From: an uncultured delta proteobacterium
Lineage (GTDB): Bacteria > Desulfobacterota > Binatia > JACPRU01
Direction of reading: 5' to 3'
Assembly (NCBI GenBank): GCA_963745025.1
Contig: CAVUWD010000008.1
Coordinates: forward strand, 64,001-128,000
DNA length: 64,000 nt
Part shown: piece by piece, positions 53,598 to 64,000 of the stretch
Layout: the number at the start of each line of letters is the position of its first letter
Position numbering within the stretch: position 1 is the first letter of the stretch
Translations under genes and position numbers: made by a program
Notes under the pieces: generated by a model
Told to the model about the DNA's origin: nothing
The model's database searches: none
What the model saw: the letters and a program-made list of their open reading frames with translations, nothing else

Positions 53598-55300
53598 TAA
53601 GCCCTCCTGGGATTGGCGATGATGGCGGAGTGATCGCCGCTCTCGGCCAGAAAGGCGTGAAGCGTTGCCACCACCTGGGCACCTTCGCCGACGGCAGCGG
53701 CCACCCGCTTGACCGATCCGGCCCGCACGTCGCCGATCGCAAATACGCCGTGGCGACTCGTCTCGAGCGGTCGGTGCCCATTTTCGAGCTCTGCGCCCGT
53801 TCGCACGAAGCCTTTGTCGTCGAGCGCCAGATCGGATTGCGACAACCATCCGGTATTCGGCTCCGCACCGATGAACAGAAAGATGTGGCGGGTGGGCCGC
53901 CGTGTCTCTTGGCCCGAGGGCAGGTGGCGCCAGCGGATCGCTTCCAGGATGCCCCCTTGTCCCTCGAGCGCAGAGACTTCCGTTTGCACCAGCACCTCGA
54001 CATTGGGCAGCACGGCGATGCGATCGACAAGATAACGCGACATGCTGGCTTCCAAGCCGGATCCGCGCACGAGCAGCCGGACCTTGGCTACGTGGCCCGC
54101 CAGATACACCACTGCCTGGCCCGCGGAGTTGCCGCCGCCCACCAGCGCCACCTCTTGCCCGGCGCACAGCTTTCCCTCCAAGGGCGAGGCCCAGTAATGG
54201 ACGCTCGAGCCCTCGAAGGCCTGGAGGTTCGCGACGTCGAGACGCCGGTAGCGGGCGCCGCTGGCGATCACCACGGCGCGGGCGCGCACCTCTTCGCCGT
54301 TTGCGAGCCTCAGTTGGAACCGCGCGCCGTCAGGGTCCCCGCGGCACTCCAACCGCACGACCTCGTCCGGTATCGCGAACTCGACGCCGAATTTCTCACC
54401 TTGGTTGTGGGCTCGGGCCATCAGGGCCATGCCGGAGATTCCGGTCGGAAAGCCGAGATAGTTTTCGATCCGTGCCGACGCGCCCGCCTGGCCGCCGAAG
54501 GCACGGCTATCGAGCACGATCACCGATAGACCTTCGGACGCTCCGTACACCGCAGCGGCGAGGCCGGCCGGTCCGGCGCCGACGATGGCGACGTCGTAGA
54601 CTTTGGCGGCATCGATCGGTCGGACGAGGCCGAGCGAGCGAGCGAGCTCGCCTTCGCGCGGATTGCGCAGCATCTGCCCATTCGCGAGGAGCACGATCGG
54701 GAGATCGGACGGCTCGATGCGGAAGCGCTCAACGAGCGTCTTCGCACAGGAGTCGGTCTCGGGATCGAGCCGTTGGTATGGATGGCCATTGCGCGAGAGG
54801 AACCCTGCCAGCCGAAGGACGTGGCCATCGTCCGCAGGGCCGATGATCACGGGTCCCGCGATACCGCCTTGGAGAAGGCCGACGCGACGCAGGATGAGCG
54901 CGCGCATGATGCGCTCCCCCAGCTCGGCTTCCGCCACCAGAACGTCGCGGACCCTGAGCGAAGGAATCACGAGCGCCTCGGTTGGCTTCGTCGCGCGCGC
55001 GTCGACCAACGAAGGACGACCGGAGAGCTGCGCGAGCTCTCCCATGAGCGCGCCCGAGCCGTGCGTGATGATCGGGTGATCGCGATCGAGCACGTTGTGC
55101 TGGGTGACCGCGACCTCTCCCGACAGAATGATGAACATGCCCGGACTGACCTCGCCGGTCGCCAGCAGAGCTTCGCCCGTCCCGTAGCTCCGCGGCTCGC
55201 CGAAATGCCGCAGCCGCTCGATCTCCGCGAGCTCCAAGGCGGGAAACATCTGCTCATATCGGGTCTCGATGACCGGACGCCCAGATGCAGCCATGGTCAA
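53597..55300 (-). CDS. cNMP-binding-domain TrxB-like FAD oxidoreductase
   Basis: N-terminal cNMP fold (GELAQL...DARA), GAGPAG, GGGNSAGQA, FAIGDVR. Confidence 0.9.
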   Translation of the reverse strand: MTMAASGRPVIETRYEQMFPALELAEIERLRHFGEPRSYGTGEALLATGEVSPGMFIILSGEVAVTQHNVLDRDHPIITHGSGALMGELAQLSGRPSLVDARATKPTEALVIPSLRVRDVLVAEAELGERIMRALILRRVGLLQGGIAGPVIIGPADDGHVLRLAGFLSRNGHPYQRLDPETDSCAKTLVERFRIEPSDLPIVLLANGQMLRNPREGELARSLGLVRPIDAAKVYDVAIVGAGPAGLAAAVYGASEGLSVIVLDSRAFGGQAGASARIENYLGFPTGISGMALMARAHNQGEKFGVEFAIPDEVVRLECRGDPDGARFQLRLANGEEVRARAVVIASGARYRRLDVANLQAFEGSSVHYWASPLEGKLCAGQEVALVGGGNSAGQAVVYLAGHVAKVRLLVRGSGLEASMSRYLVDRIAVLPNVEVLVQTEVSALEGQGGILEAIRWRHLPSGQETRRPTRHIFLFIGAEPNTGWLSQSDLALDDKGFVRTGAELENGHRPLETSRHGVFAIGDVRAGSVKRVAAAVGEGAQVVATLHAFLAESGDHSAIIANPRRA

Positions 55301-55804
55301 TTCCTCGAGGACGTCGTTGCGGACAAACGTGCCGACGTCGCTGGCGGCTTTACGGACGATACGCCTCTTTTGCCGATCTCGCTATGGCCTACCGAAAATG
55401 GAAGGCGATCACAGCTTGGCTTCGGGTTCGACGAAGTCGCGCGCTATCTGCTCCAAACGCTTCACCATCTCGCTCGGCCGGCGGCACGTCGACGACGACC
55501 AACGCGACTCCGTCGGCGCCGGCGTCGCGATAGCGCTTCAGGTCATCGGTCTTGATCGGCTTCGTATACGGCTATACCGCGGGCTCGACGTCAGAGGGTC
55601 GAGGTTGTTCGGGTGCTTTGCGAGCCCGCGCACCGCCAAAGATGCCGATGACTCCTGGTAGGGCTTAACGAGCGTCTTCTCGAGCTCCTTCTCTTCCCAC
55701 GGTCGTAGCGACTTGAGGCGGACGTTGAGCTGCGGGCCGTCGCGATCGTGTAGGCGAATTGGGCAGCTTGGCGAGGACGCGCAGCTGACCCGGCCCCATG
55801 GTGA

Positions 55805-56335
55805 TCAGTCGATCGTCTGTGGCGGATCCGTGAACTCCGCCGGGTGGATCGGCGGGTCGGCCGGAGCTTTGGCGATCTCAGCCTTGACGAGCCGCTCGTG
55901 CTCGCCCTCCTCTTCGCGGAGCTCGGCGAAGAGGCGCGCCACGTCAGCATTGGCGATCGCGGGCAACGCGGCGGCGAAGAAGGCGCCGGCTTTCTCCTCG
56001 GCTCGCAGAGCGGCCGCGAGGGACTCGCGCACGGTCATGAAGGCGCGCACTTCGTCGTACTCGGGCGCCTCGACATCGAAGAGCATCGCGCGCGTGACGT
56101 GACTCGGCTCGACTCCGAAGCTCTCCGCGCGGCGTGTGGCGAGGACCACGCGATGCTTCTCTTCGTTGCCGGCCATGAGGCGGAAAAAGCGCGCCGCTTC
56201 GAAGCTCCGGTGGATCTCCATTTGATCGGCGAACTCGACGTAGCGATCGCGCGCCTCTTCCTCGATGAGGATGGCAAGATCCAGCGCGTCGCGCAACTCG
56301 AGGTGCGCGAAGTCGATGCCTTGGGTTGTGTTCAT
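55805..56335 (-). CDS. Rubrerythrin/ferritin-like di-iron protein
   Basis: LAILIEEEA, EEKH, EEGEH ExxH motifs; GGAGG RBS. Confidence 0.85.
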   Translation of the reverse strand: MNTTQGIDFAHLELRDALDLAILIEEEARDRYVEFADQMEIHRSFEAARFFRLMAGNEEKHRVVLATRRAESFGVEPSHVTRAMLFDVEAPEYDEVRAFMTVRESLAAALRAEEKAGAFFAAALPAIANADVARLFAELREEEGEHERLVKAEIAKAPADPPIHPAEFTDPPQTID

Positions 56336-56352
56336 CGTTCCCTCCTGCAAGT

Positions 56353-57276
56353 TCAGTGCTGCACGAAGCGATCGAGGATGCGCTCGCGCGGCACGGCGTC
56401 CGGAGCGAGGGTCGCTTGCCGCTCGCGCACCAGCACTTCGAGCGGCGGCGGCGGCTGCGGATTGCGGTAGAGGACGCCGGTGTAGAGCTCGCGGCCATAG
56501 TCCTGCGCCAGCGCCAGCGCGCGCATGTGATCGGACGGGTCGTGCCCGAGCGCGGCGAGCGGCTTCATCATCGTCTTGTGCACCTTCATCTGCTGGTGGT
56601 GCTCGCCGTACGTGACGCACGGGGACTGCACGTTGACGAAGGAGAAGCCGGGGTAGCGGATCGCCGCTTCGAGGATGAGCGCGAGGCCGGGCATGTCCGC
56701 GGGCGTGCCCTGCGCGACGAAGCCGGCGCCGTACGCGAGCACGTACGCGAGCGGGTTCACCGGGCACTCGAAGCTACCGTAGGGCGAGGTCACGGTCTCG
56801 AGACCGCGCGGCGAGGTCGGCGAGAGCTGGCCCTTGGTGAGCCCGTAGATCTGGTTGTCCATCACGATGTAGGTGAGGTCCGGGTTCCGGCGGACCGCGT
56901 GCGCGACGTGGCCACCGCCGATCGAGAAGCCGTCGCCATCGCCGCCGGCGACGAGGACCAAGAGGTCGGGGCGCGCGAGCTTGACACCTTGGGCAATCGG
57001 CAGCGACCGGCCGTGCACGCTGTTGAAGCCGTAGGCCGTCGTGTAGCCGGGGATGCGCGAGGAGCAGCCGATGCCGGAAATGAAGGCGATATCGTGCGGC
57101 AAACGCCCGATGGCAGCGAGCGCGCGGTAGACCGCCTGGAGGACGCCGAAGTCGCCGCAGCCCGGGCACCAGATGGGCTTGAGCTCGCTCTTGAAGTCTT
57201 TTTGGCCTGGGCCCTGGAGTGGGTTCGAGCTCATGGGGTCGTGATCTCCGTGCGAGTGTGACTTGATTTCATTCAT
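56353..57276 (-). CDS. 2-oxoacid:ferredoxin oxidoreductase beta subunit
   Basis: WCPGCGDF, SGIGCSSR, GGDGDGFSIG, MDNQIYGLTKGQLSPT, SPCVTY. Confidence 0.92.
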   Translation of the reverse strand: MNEIKSHSHGDHDPMSSNPLQGPGQKDFKSELKPIWCPGCGDFGVLQAVYRALAAIGRLPHDIAFISGIGCSSRIPGYTTAYGFNSVHGRSLPIAQGVKLARPDLLVLVAGGDGDGFSIGGGHVAHAVRRNPDLTYIVMDNQIYGLTKGQLSPTSPRGLETVTSPYGSFECPVNPLAYVLAYGAGFVAQGTPADMPGLALILEAAIRYPGFSFVNVQSPCVTYGEHHQQMKVHKTMMKPLAALGHDPSDHMRALALAQDYGRELYTGVLYRNPQPPPPLEVLVRERQATLAPDAVPRERILDRFVQH

Positions 57277-59062
57277 GCGACGGCCGTGACTCGCCGCCCC
57301 GCAGCTGGAGCGCCATCGCCAGTTCGCTGAGGCGCGCGAGCACCTCCGTTGGCTGGAAGGGATTGGCACCGCTGCGCGTGAAGGAAACGATGCCGGGCGG
57401 CACATCCAACATCATGCGCAGGATGCGATAGAGCTGGCCCTGGTGCGATTGCTCGACCACGAGCCCAGCCTCCACGCCCTCGAAGAACTCGCGGTAGACG
57501 CCCTCGGCGACGGGGTAAATGAGCTGCGGCACACAGAGCTTCACGCGCAGGTGTTGCGCGGTCGCGAGGTGCAGCGCTTCGCGACAGACGCCGCCGACCG
57601 AGCCCCAGCCGATGAGGGCCAACGGGGCGCGCGGATCGCCCTCGATGATGAAGAGGTCGCGGCGACCCTGGAGCGGCGCGAGCTTCTTGAAGCGCTTGGC
57701 GTTCATGCGCCCGTGGACTTTGCCGCTAACGGTGGGATCGCCGTGCTCGTTGTGCTCGATGCCGGCCGCGAGATAGGTGCCGCCGGGCATGCCCGGATGG
57801 CTGATCGGGCTCACCCCCGAGCCATCGTCGGCGAAGCGCTGGTAGTTCTTGAGCTCGGCAGCCGTTGGACGCTTGCGCTCGATCAGCGCGAAGCGCGAGA
57901 GGTCGAAGGGCTCGACGGTCTCTTTGCGCTGGGCGATCTCCTGGTCCGACAAGATGATGACTGGGGTCTGATACTGCTCGGCCAGGTTGAAGGCCTCGAC
58001 CGTCACGGCAAACGTGTCGGCGACCGAGGTCGGCGCGAGCACCGGCCGGACGACGTCGCCGTGCGCCGAGAACGCGGCCTGGAAGAGGTCGGACTGCTCG
58101 GGCTTGGTCGGAGTGCCGGTCGATGGGCCGCCGCGCTGGACATTGAGCAAGACCAGCGGCAGCTCGGCGATCGTCGCGAGCCCGAGCATCTCAGTCTTGA
58201 GCGACATGCCCGGACCCGAGGTCGCGGTCATCGCCTTCTTGCCGGCGAACGAGGCCCCGACCGCGACGCCGATGCCGGCGATCTCGTCCTCCACCTGAAG
58301 CACCGCGCCGCCGTACTTCCAGATCTCGCGCGCGAGCGTCTGCATGACCTCGGTCGACGGCGTGATCGGGTAGCCACCGAAGACATCGCAGCCCGCGAAG
58401 AGCGCGGCCGAGGCGCACATGTCGTTGCCGTCGAGAAGCAGCTGTTTGCCGGCGCGCTCGGGCGGCGCCAGATCGAGTGTGCGCGGGACGGCCAGCGGGC
58501 GCGAAGCGGCATGGGTGTACCCGAGGTTGAAGGCACGTTCGTTGGCCTCGATGAGCGCCGCGCCCTTGTCGGCCCAGGTCTTGGCCATGCCGCGCAGGAT
58601 GGCCGCCGCGGGGATACCAAACCACTCGGCGAGCAGGCCGAGGACGACGCTGTTCTTGGCGCGCTCGGTGCCGGTCGCCTCGCGCGCCAGCTCGCCGATC
58701 GGCACGGCGAAGACCTGCTCGGGCACGATGCCAGGCAGCGGAAGCTGGTCCGGGGCGACGCCGCTCTTCTCCTCATAGATGACGACGGTGCGGCCGCCGA
58801 CTGGAAGCTCGGCCCCGAACTTCAGGAAGTCACCCCAGTCGAGCGACACGGCCACATCGAGCACGCCGCCCGGACCGAACAGGGGATCGACCGCAATGCG
58901 CACGCGGCACGAGGACTCTCCGCCGCGAATCTGCGACCCGAAGCTCTTGGTCATCATCGCGTGGTAGCCCTCGGAGGCTGCGGCGGAGATCAGCGACTCG
59001 CCGGCGCTGACGATACCGTCGCCGCCCGACCCTGCCATTCCGATCACGAGGTCGCGAGCCAT
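57269..59062 (-). CDS. 2-oxoacid:acceptor oxidoreductase alpha subunit
   Basis: AGSGGDG, SQIRGGES, GYPITPSTE, EDEIAG, TATSGPG, QRGGPSTG. Confidence 0.93.
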   Translation of the reverse strand: MARDLVIGMAGSGGDGIVSAGESLISAAASEGYHAMMTKSFGSQIRGGESSCRVRIAVDPLFGPGGVLDVAVSLDWGDFLKFGAELPVGGRTVVIYEEKSGVAPDQLPLPGIVPEQVFAVPIGELAREATGTERAKNSVVLGLLAEWFGIPAAAILRGMAKTWADKGAALIEANERAFNLGYTHAASRPLAVPRTLDLAPPERAGKQLLLDGNDMCASAALFAGCDVFGGYPITPSTEVMQTLAREIWKYGGAVLQVEDEIAGIGVAVGASFAGKKAMTATSGPGMSLKTEMLGLATIAELPLVLLNVQRGGPSTGTPTKPEQSDLFQAAFSAHGDVVRPVLAPTSVADTFAVTVEAFNLAEQYQTPVIILSDQEIAQRKETVEPFDLSRFALIERKRPTAAELKNYQRFADDGSGVSPISHPGMPGGTYLAAGIEHNEHGDPTVSGKVHGRMNAKRFKKLAPLQGRRDLFIIEGDPRAPLALIGWGSVGGVCREALHLATAQHLRVKLCVPQLIYPVAEGVYREFFEGVEAGLVVEQSHQGQLYRILRMMLDVPPGIVSFTRSGANPFQPTEVLARLSELAMALQLRGGESRPSHE

Positions 59063-59511
59063 GGATCCTTCTTCGTCAGACCCCACCAGCGTTGCACTAC
59101 GATCGCCCGACCACAAGCGAACTCGCGGGTCAGACCTGCCCGCTATCGCCGGATTCCATGCGGGATGGAGGCGTATCGCCCGAGCTTTTGTTCGGTGGTC
59201 CGTTCGCCACAGCGGGCAAGCGCTGGGCGGGGCGCGCATGGATATCGAGCTCAACCTGCGGCACGATGCAGATCGCGGCCGTCGTTCCACGCGGGATTCA
59301 CTCGCTTTGCGGCCCGCAGCTTTGCTCGAAGAACCTTTCGTCCTCCTTTACCCAGGGCTCCGGCAAACGGGATCGCTTCCACTAACCGCCCGGGTTACTA
59401 TGGAAGTGTACCGACAACTCTTCCAGCGGAACTCTCATCCGCTGGGCATCTGCGCCTTCGTAGCGCACTCTCGGATTGAGGTTAGTCTCCAGGTTGCTCT
59501 GGAGAAAAGTC

Positions 59512-60825
59512 ATGACGACCCAGCAGAAGAAGATGGCCATCCTCGTAGCAGGCGAACCTGCACCCGGCATCAACAGCGTGATCAGCGCCGCGACCATCCG
59601 CGGCGAGCTCGAAGGAGTCGACGTTATCGGTATCCAGGACGGCTTCGAGTGGCTCATGCAGGGCAACATCGATTACGTCACCCCGCTGACCATCGAGAAC
59701 GTGAGCCGCATCCACTTCCGTGGTGGGTCGTACATCGGCATCTCACGTGCCAACCCTACCCTCAAGCCCGCTCACCTCGAGAACACGATCATCTCACTTC
59801 TGCGCTTGAACGTCTCGCAGCTCATCACGATCGGCGGCGACGACACGGCCTTCTCTGCCATGAAGCTCGAGGAGCAGTCGCAAGGGCGGATCCGCGTGGT
59901 GCATGTGCCCAAGACGATCGACAATGACCTCGTCCTGCCCGCTTATGTCGATACGTTCGGCTTCCAAACCGCACGCCACTACGGCGTCGACATCGTCAAG
60001 AACCTGATGGTCGACGCAGAGACGACTTCACGATGGTACTTCATCATCACGATGGGCCGGAAGGCCGGCCATCTGGCACTCGGCATCGGCAAAGCGGCGG
60101 GCGCCACGCTGACACTCATCCCCGAGGAGTTTGCCGGCCAGCCGCTCCGGCTGAATGCGATCGTCGACACGCTCGTGGGCGCCATCATCAAACGCCTGAG
60201 TTACGGGCGACGTGACGGCAGCGCGATCATCGCCGAGGGTCTCGTCCTCGACCTGGACCCACAGGATGTGACGCAGCTCGAGGGCGTCGAGCGCGACGAT
60301 TACGGAAACCTTCGGGCCGCTGAAGTGACCATCGGCGAGATCCTCAAGGCCCAGGCGAACAAGCGACTCAACGAATTTGGCATCAAGACGACGATCGTCG
60401 CGAAAAATATCGGCTACGAGCTTCGCTGTGCCGACCCCATCCCCTACGACATGGAGTACACGCGTGACCTCGGGTACTGCGCGGCCAAGTACCTGCTCTC
60501 CGGCGGCACTGGGGTGATGATTTCGATGCAAGGCGGGCGCTTCGTCCCGGTGCCGCTCGGAAGTCTCATCGATGCAGCTACGGGGCGGACCCGGATCCGC
60601 TTGGTCGACATTCACTCGACACGCTACGCGATTGCCCGCCGCTACATGCTCCGCTTGCGCCGCGATGACTTCGAGGATCCCCACGAGCTCGCAAGGTTTG
60701 CAGCGACGGCGCACATGTCTCTCGAGGAATTTCGGAAGCAGTTCGAGCACCTCGTGCACAGTGAGCCACCGCCCCTCGCGCTCGACCTGGGGATCGAGGA
60801 GCCGCTGGGCGAACATGGCCGGTGA
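59512..60825 (+). CDS. pfp: Pyrophosphate-dependent phosphofructokinase
   Basis: IGGDDT (PPi-type Asp), PKTIDND, MGRKAGHLAL, IGYELRCA. Confidence 0.9.
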   Translation: MTTQQKKMAILVAGEPAPGINSVISAATIRGELEGVDVIGIQDGFEWLMQGNIDYVTPLTIENVSRIHFRGGSYIGISRANPTLKPAHLENTIISLLRLNVSQLITIGGDDTAFSAMKLEEQSQGRIRVVHVPKTIDNDLVLPAYVDTFGFQTARHYGVDIVKNLMVDAETTSRWYFIITMGRKAGHLALGIGKAAGATLTLIPEEFAGQPLRLNAIVDTLVGAIIKRLSYGRRDGSAIIAEGLVLDLDPQDVTQLEGVERDDYGNLRAAEVTIGEILKAQANKRLNEFGIKTTIVAKNIGYELRCADPIPYDMEYTRDLGYCAAKYLLSGGTGVMISMQGGRFVPVPLGSLIDAATGRTRIRLVDIHSTRYAIARRYMLRLRRDDFEDPHELARFAATAHMSLEEFRKQFEHLVHSEPPPLALDLGIEEPLGEHGR

Positions 60826-61016
60826 GTCGGCTCTGCGAGTGGAAACGCTCATCGGTTCCCGCGGGAAGTCGGCCGCGCCCGGGGCGACCGTCGGCATAGC
60901 TGGAACACAGAGAACTCCGGTGGTTGCATCCCGTCGTCACCGCGCTCGCCACGATCGGGAGCACGCGCTTTTCGGAGAGTATAACGATTCTGAAGGCATC
61001 AGAGAGGGACGTACGC

Positions 61017-64000
61017 ATGAGCCGAGCAATTGCCACGATCGATGGGAACGAAGCGGTGGCCGCGGTTGCCCATCGTCTCAACGAAGTGATCGCCATCTAT
61101 CCGATCACCCCGTCGTCGCCGATGGGGGAGTGGGCCGACCAGTGGGCGTCGGAGGGCACGCCGAACATTTGGGGGGCGGTGCCGTCGGTCGTCGAGATGC
61201 AGAGCGAAGCCGGTGCGGCCGGCGCGGTGCATGGCGCGCTGCAGACCGGGGCATTGACGACGACGTTCACTGCATCGCAGGGCCTCCTGCTGATGATCCC
61301 CGACATGTACAAGATCGCCGGCGAGTTGACGGCGACGGTGTTCCACGTTGCAGCGCGCTCACTGGCGGCGCAGGGGCTGTCGATCTTCGGCGACCACAGC
61401 GACGTGATGGCCGCGCGCGCCACCGGCTTCGCAATGCTGTGCTCGGCTTCGGTCCAAGAGGCCATGGACTTCGCCGCCATCGCGCAGATGGCGACGCTGG
61501 AGAGCCGCATTCCGTTTCTGCACTTCTTCGACGGCTTCCGTACCTCGCATGAGGTGGCGAAGATCGAGCTGCTGTCGGACGATGATCTGCGTGCGCTTAT
61601 CGACGACACGCTCGTGCTGCAACACCGCAGCCGCGCGCTGTCGCCGGATCATCCGGTGCTACGCGGCACGACACAGAATCCGGACGTCTACTTCCAGGCG
61701 CGCGAGACGGTGAATCCGTACTACGCGGCGTGTCCCGACATCACCGAGCGAGCGATGGAAAAGTTCGCCCGACTCGTCGGCCGTGCCTACCGGCTCTACG
61801 AGTACCACGGCGCCCCCGACGCTGAGCGCATTCTCGTTCTGATGGGCTCCGGCGCCGAAGCCGTGCATGAGACGGTGGACGTCCTCAACGCCGGCGGCGG
61901 GCGCGTGGGTGTGTTGAAGGTACGCCTCTACCGCCCCTTTGACTCGCGCCGTTTCGTCGAGACGCTGCCTGCAACGACGACGGCGATTGCCGTGCTTGAT
62001 CGGACGAAGGAGCCCGGCAGCGCCGGCGAGCCACTGTACCTCGACTGCGTGAACGCGATCCACGAAGGGATCACCAACTGTTGGGGTGCGTTGCACTCGT
62101 ACCCGAACCTCGTCGGTGGTCGCTACGGGTTGTCGTCCAAAGAGTTCACACCGGCAATGATCAAAGGGCTGTTCGACCACCTCCGCAGCGAACGGCCGAA
62201 GAACCACTTTACTATCGGCATCAACGACGACGTCTCGCATACCAGCATCGACTACGATCCCGAGTTCTCGATCGAGCCGGACAGCGTCGTCCGCGGGCTG
62301 TTCTACGGTTTGGGGGCGGACGGCACGGTGGGCGCCAACAAGAACTCCATCAAGATCATTGGCGAGGATTCTGATCACTACGCGCAAGGCTACTTCGTCT
62401 ACGACTCGAAGAAGGCCGGCGCCGTGACTGTGTCGCACCTGCGCTTCGGTCCCCAGCCGATCCACTCCACCTACCTCATCACCCGCGCCAACTTCGTCGG
62501 CTGCCACCAGTGGGTGTTCCTCGAGCGCTACGACATGCTCAAGAACCTCGTACCGGGTGGGACGTTCCTACTGAACAGCGCCTACGGACCGGGCGACGTA
62601 TGGGCGTATCTGCCGCGCACGGCGCAGGAGCACATCATCGCCAAGGGCCTCAAGTTCTATGTCATTGACGCCTACAAGGTGGCGCGGGAGAGCGGCATGG
62701 GCGGGCGCATCAACACCGTCATGCAGGTGTGCTTCTTCGCAATCTCCGGTGTGCTGCCGAAGGATGACGCCATTGCCGCGATCAAGAAGTCGATCGAGAA
62801 GACATACGGGAACAAGGGCGCGGAGATCGTGCAGATGAACTTTGCCGCCGTCGACAAGACACTGGCGCACCTGTTCGATGTGACGGTTCCCGACCACGTG
62901 ACCAGCACGATCACCATGCCACCGCCAGTGTCACCGCAGGCGCCGCAGTTCGTACAGGAGGCCACGGCGCGTATGATCGCCGGCATGGGTGACAGCTTGC
63001 CGGTGAGCGCGCTGCCGGCGGACGGCACCTATCCCACCGGCACCGCGAAATGGGAAAAGCGCAACATCGCGCAGGAGATCCCGGTGTGGGATTCGGACGT
63101 ATGCATCGAGTGCGGCAAGTGCGCCATGGTGTGCCCGCACGGCGTCATTCGCATCAAGGTGTACGACCCGCAGCACCTCGCCGGCGCGCCGGCGACGTTC
63201 AAGTCGTGCGACGCGCGCGACCGTGAGTGGCAGGGGCTGAAGTACACGATCCAGGTGGCGCCGGAGGACTGCACGGGCTGTGGCATCTGCGTCGACATCT
63301 GCCCCGCCAAGAACAAGTCGCAGACGCGGCTAAAGGCGATCAACATGAGCCCGCAGCCGCCGCTGCGCGAGCCGCAGCGCGAGAACTGGAATTTCTTCCT
63401 GACGATCCCCGAGATCGACCGCCGCCACGTGAAGGCCAGGACGATCCGCCAGCAGCAGGTGCAAGCAGCCGCTGTTCGAGTTCTCCAGCGCCTGCTCCGG
63501 CTGCGGCGAGACGCCATACATCAAGCTGGCGACCCAGCTCTTCGGCGATCGCATGATCGTCGCCAACGCCACCGGGTGCTCGTCCATCTACGGCGGTAAC
63601 CTGCCGACGACGCCGTGGACACAGAACGGCGACGGTCGCGGACCGGCATGGTCGAACTCCCTGTTCGAAGACAACGCCGAGTTCGGACTCGGCTACCGTC
63701 TGTCGATCGACTATCAGCGGACATTCGCCTCCGAGCTGCTGAAGAAGTTAGCCGGCACCGTTGGCGACGATCTGGCGCACGCCATCCTGACCGGGGAGCA
63801 GAAAGACGAAGCCGACATTTTCGAGCAGCGCGACCGCGTCGCCGCATTGAAGGAAAAGCTGCGCGGCACGGACTCCTACGATGCGCGGCAGCTGTTGAGC
63901 GTCGCCGACATGCTGGTGAAGAAGAGCGTGTGGATCATCGGCGGTGACGGCTGGGGCTACGACATCGGCTTCGGCGGCCTCGACCACGTGCTCGCCAGCG
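61017..64000 (+). CDS. nifJ: Pyruvate:ferredoxin (flavodoxin) oxidoreductase; frameshift near 63460, runs off right edge
   Basis: IYPITPSS, EMQSEAGAAG, two CxxCxxCxxxCP clusters, then ACSGCGETPY, ANATGCSSIYGG, GGDGWGYDIG in next frame. Confidence 0.95.

Overview
A GC-rich bacterial accessory region, a patchwork of mobile and imported DNA. From left to right: an N-ATPase operon (atpD-C-Q-R-B-E-F-A, runs off the left edge), a STAS-like protein, a DUF389 protein, phosphoketolase and a CusCBA-type metal efflux system. Many of these genes carry single-base frameshifts. Next come gene fragments, a CPA2 antiporter, a NarL-type two-component system, two paralogous 82-aa membrane proteins sharing an upstream box, an MBL hydrolase and a GT-C glycosyltransferase. 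A tRNA-Thr(CGT)-targeted integrative element follows (P4-type integrase, AlpA, Zn-finger protein, secreted cargo). Immediately after it is an integrase-less integron cassette array (attI-like site, one complete attC). Its second attC is split at a CT dinucleotide by an internally deleted IS110 whose non-coding end looks like a bridge RNA. The rest holds a GH63, an adenylate cyclase, a K+ channel, nested IS4/IS110/IS1634 elements, a nirK remnant, a hemerythrin, a CxxC-less cNMP-TrxB plus zf-UBP pair, and an anaerobic metabolism block (OFOR alpha/beta, ferritin-like, PPi-PFK, PFOR). All calls come from reading motifs by eye; no searches were run.
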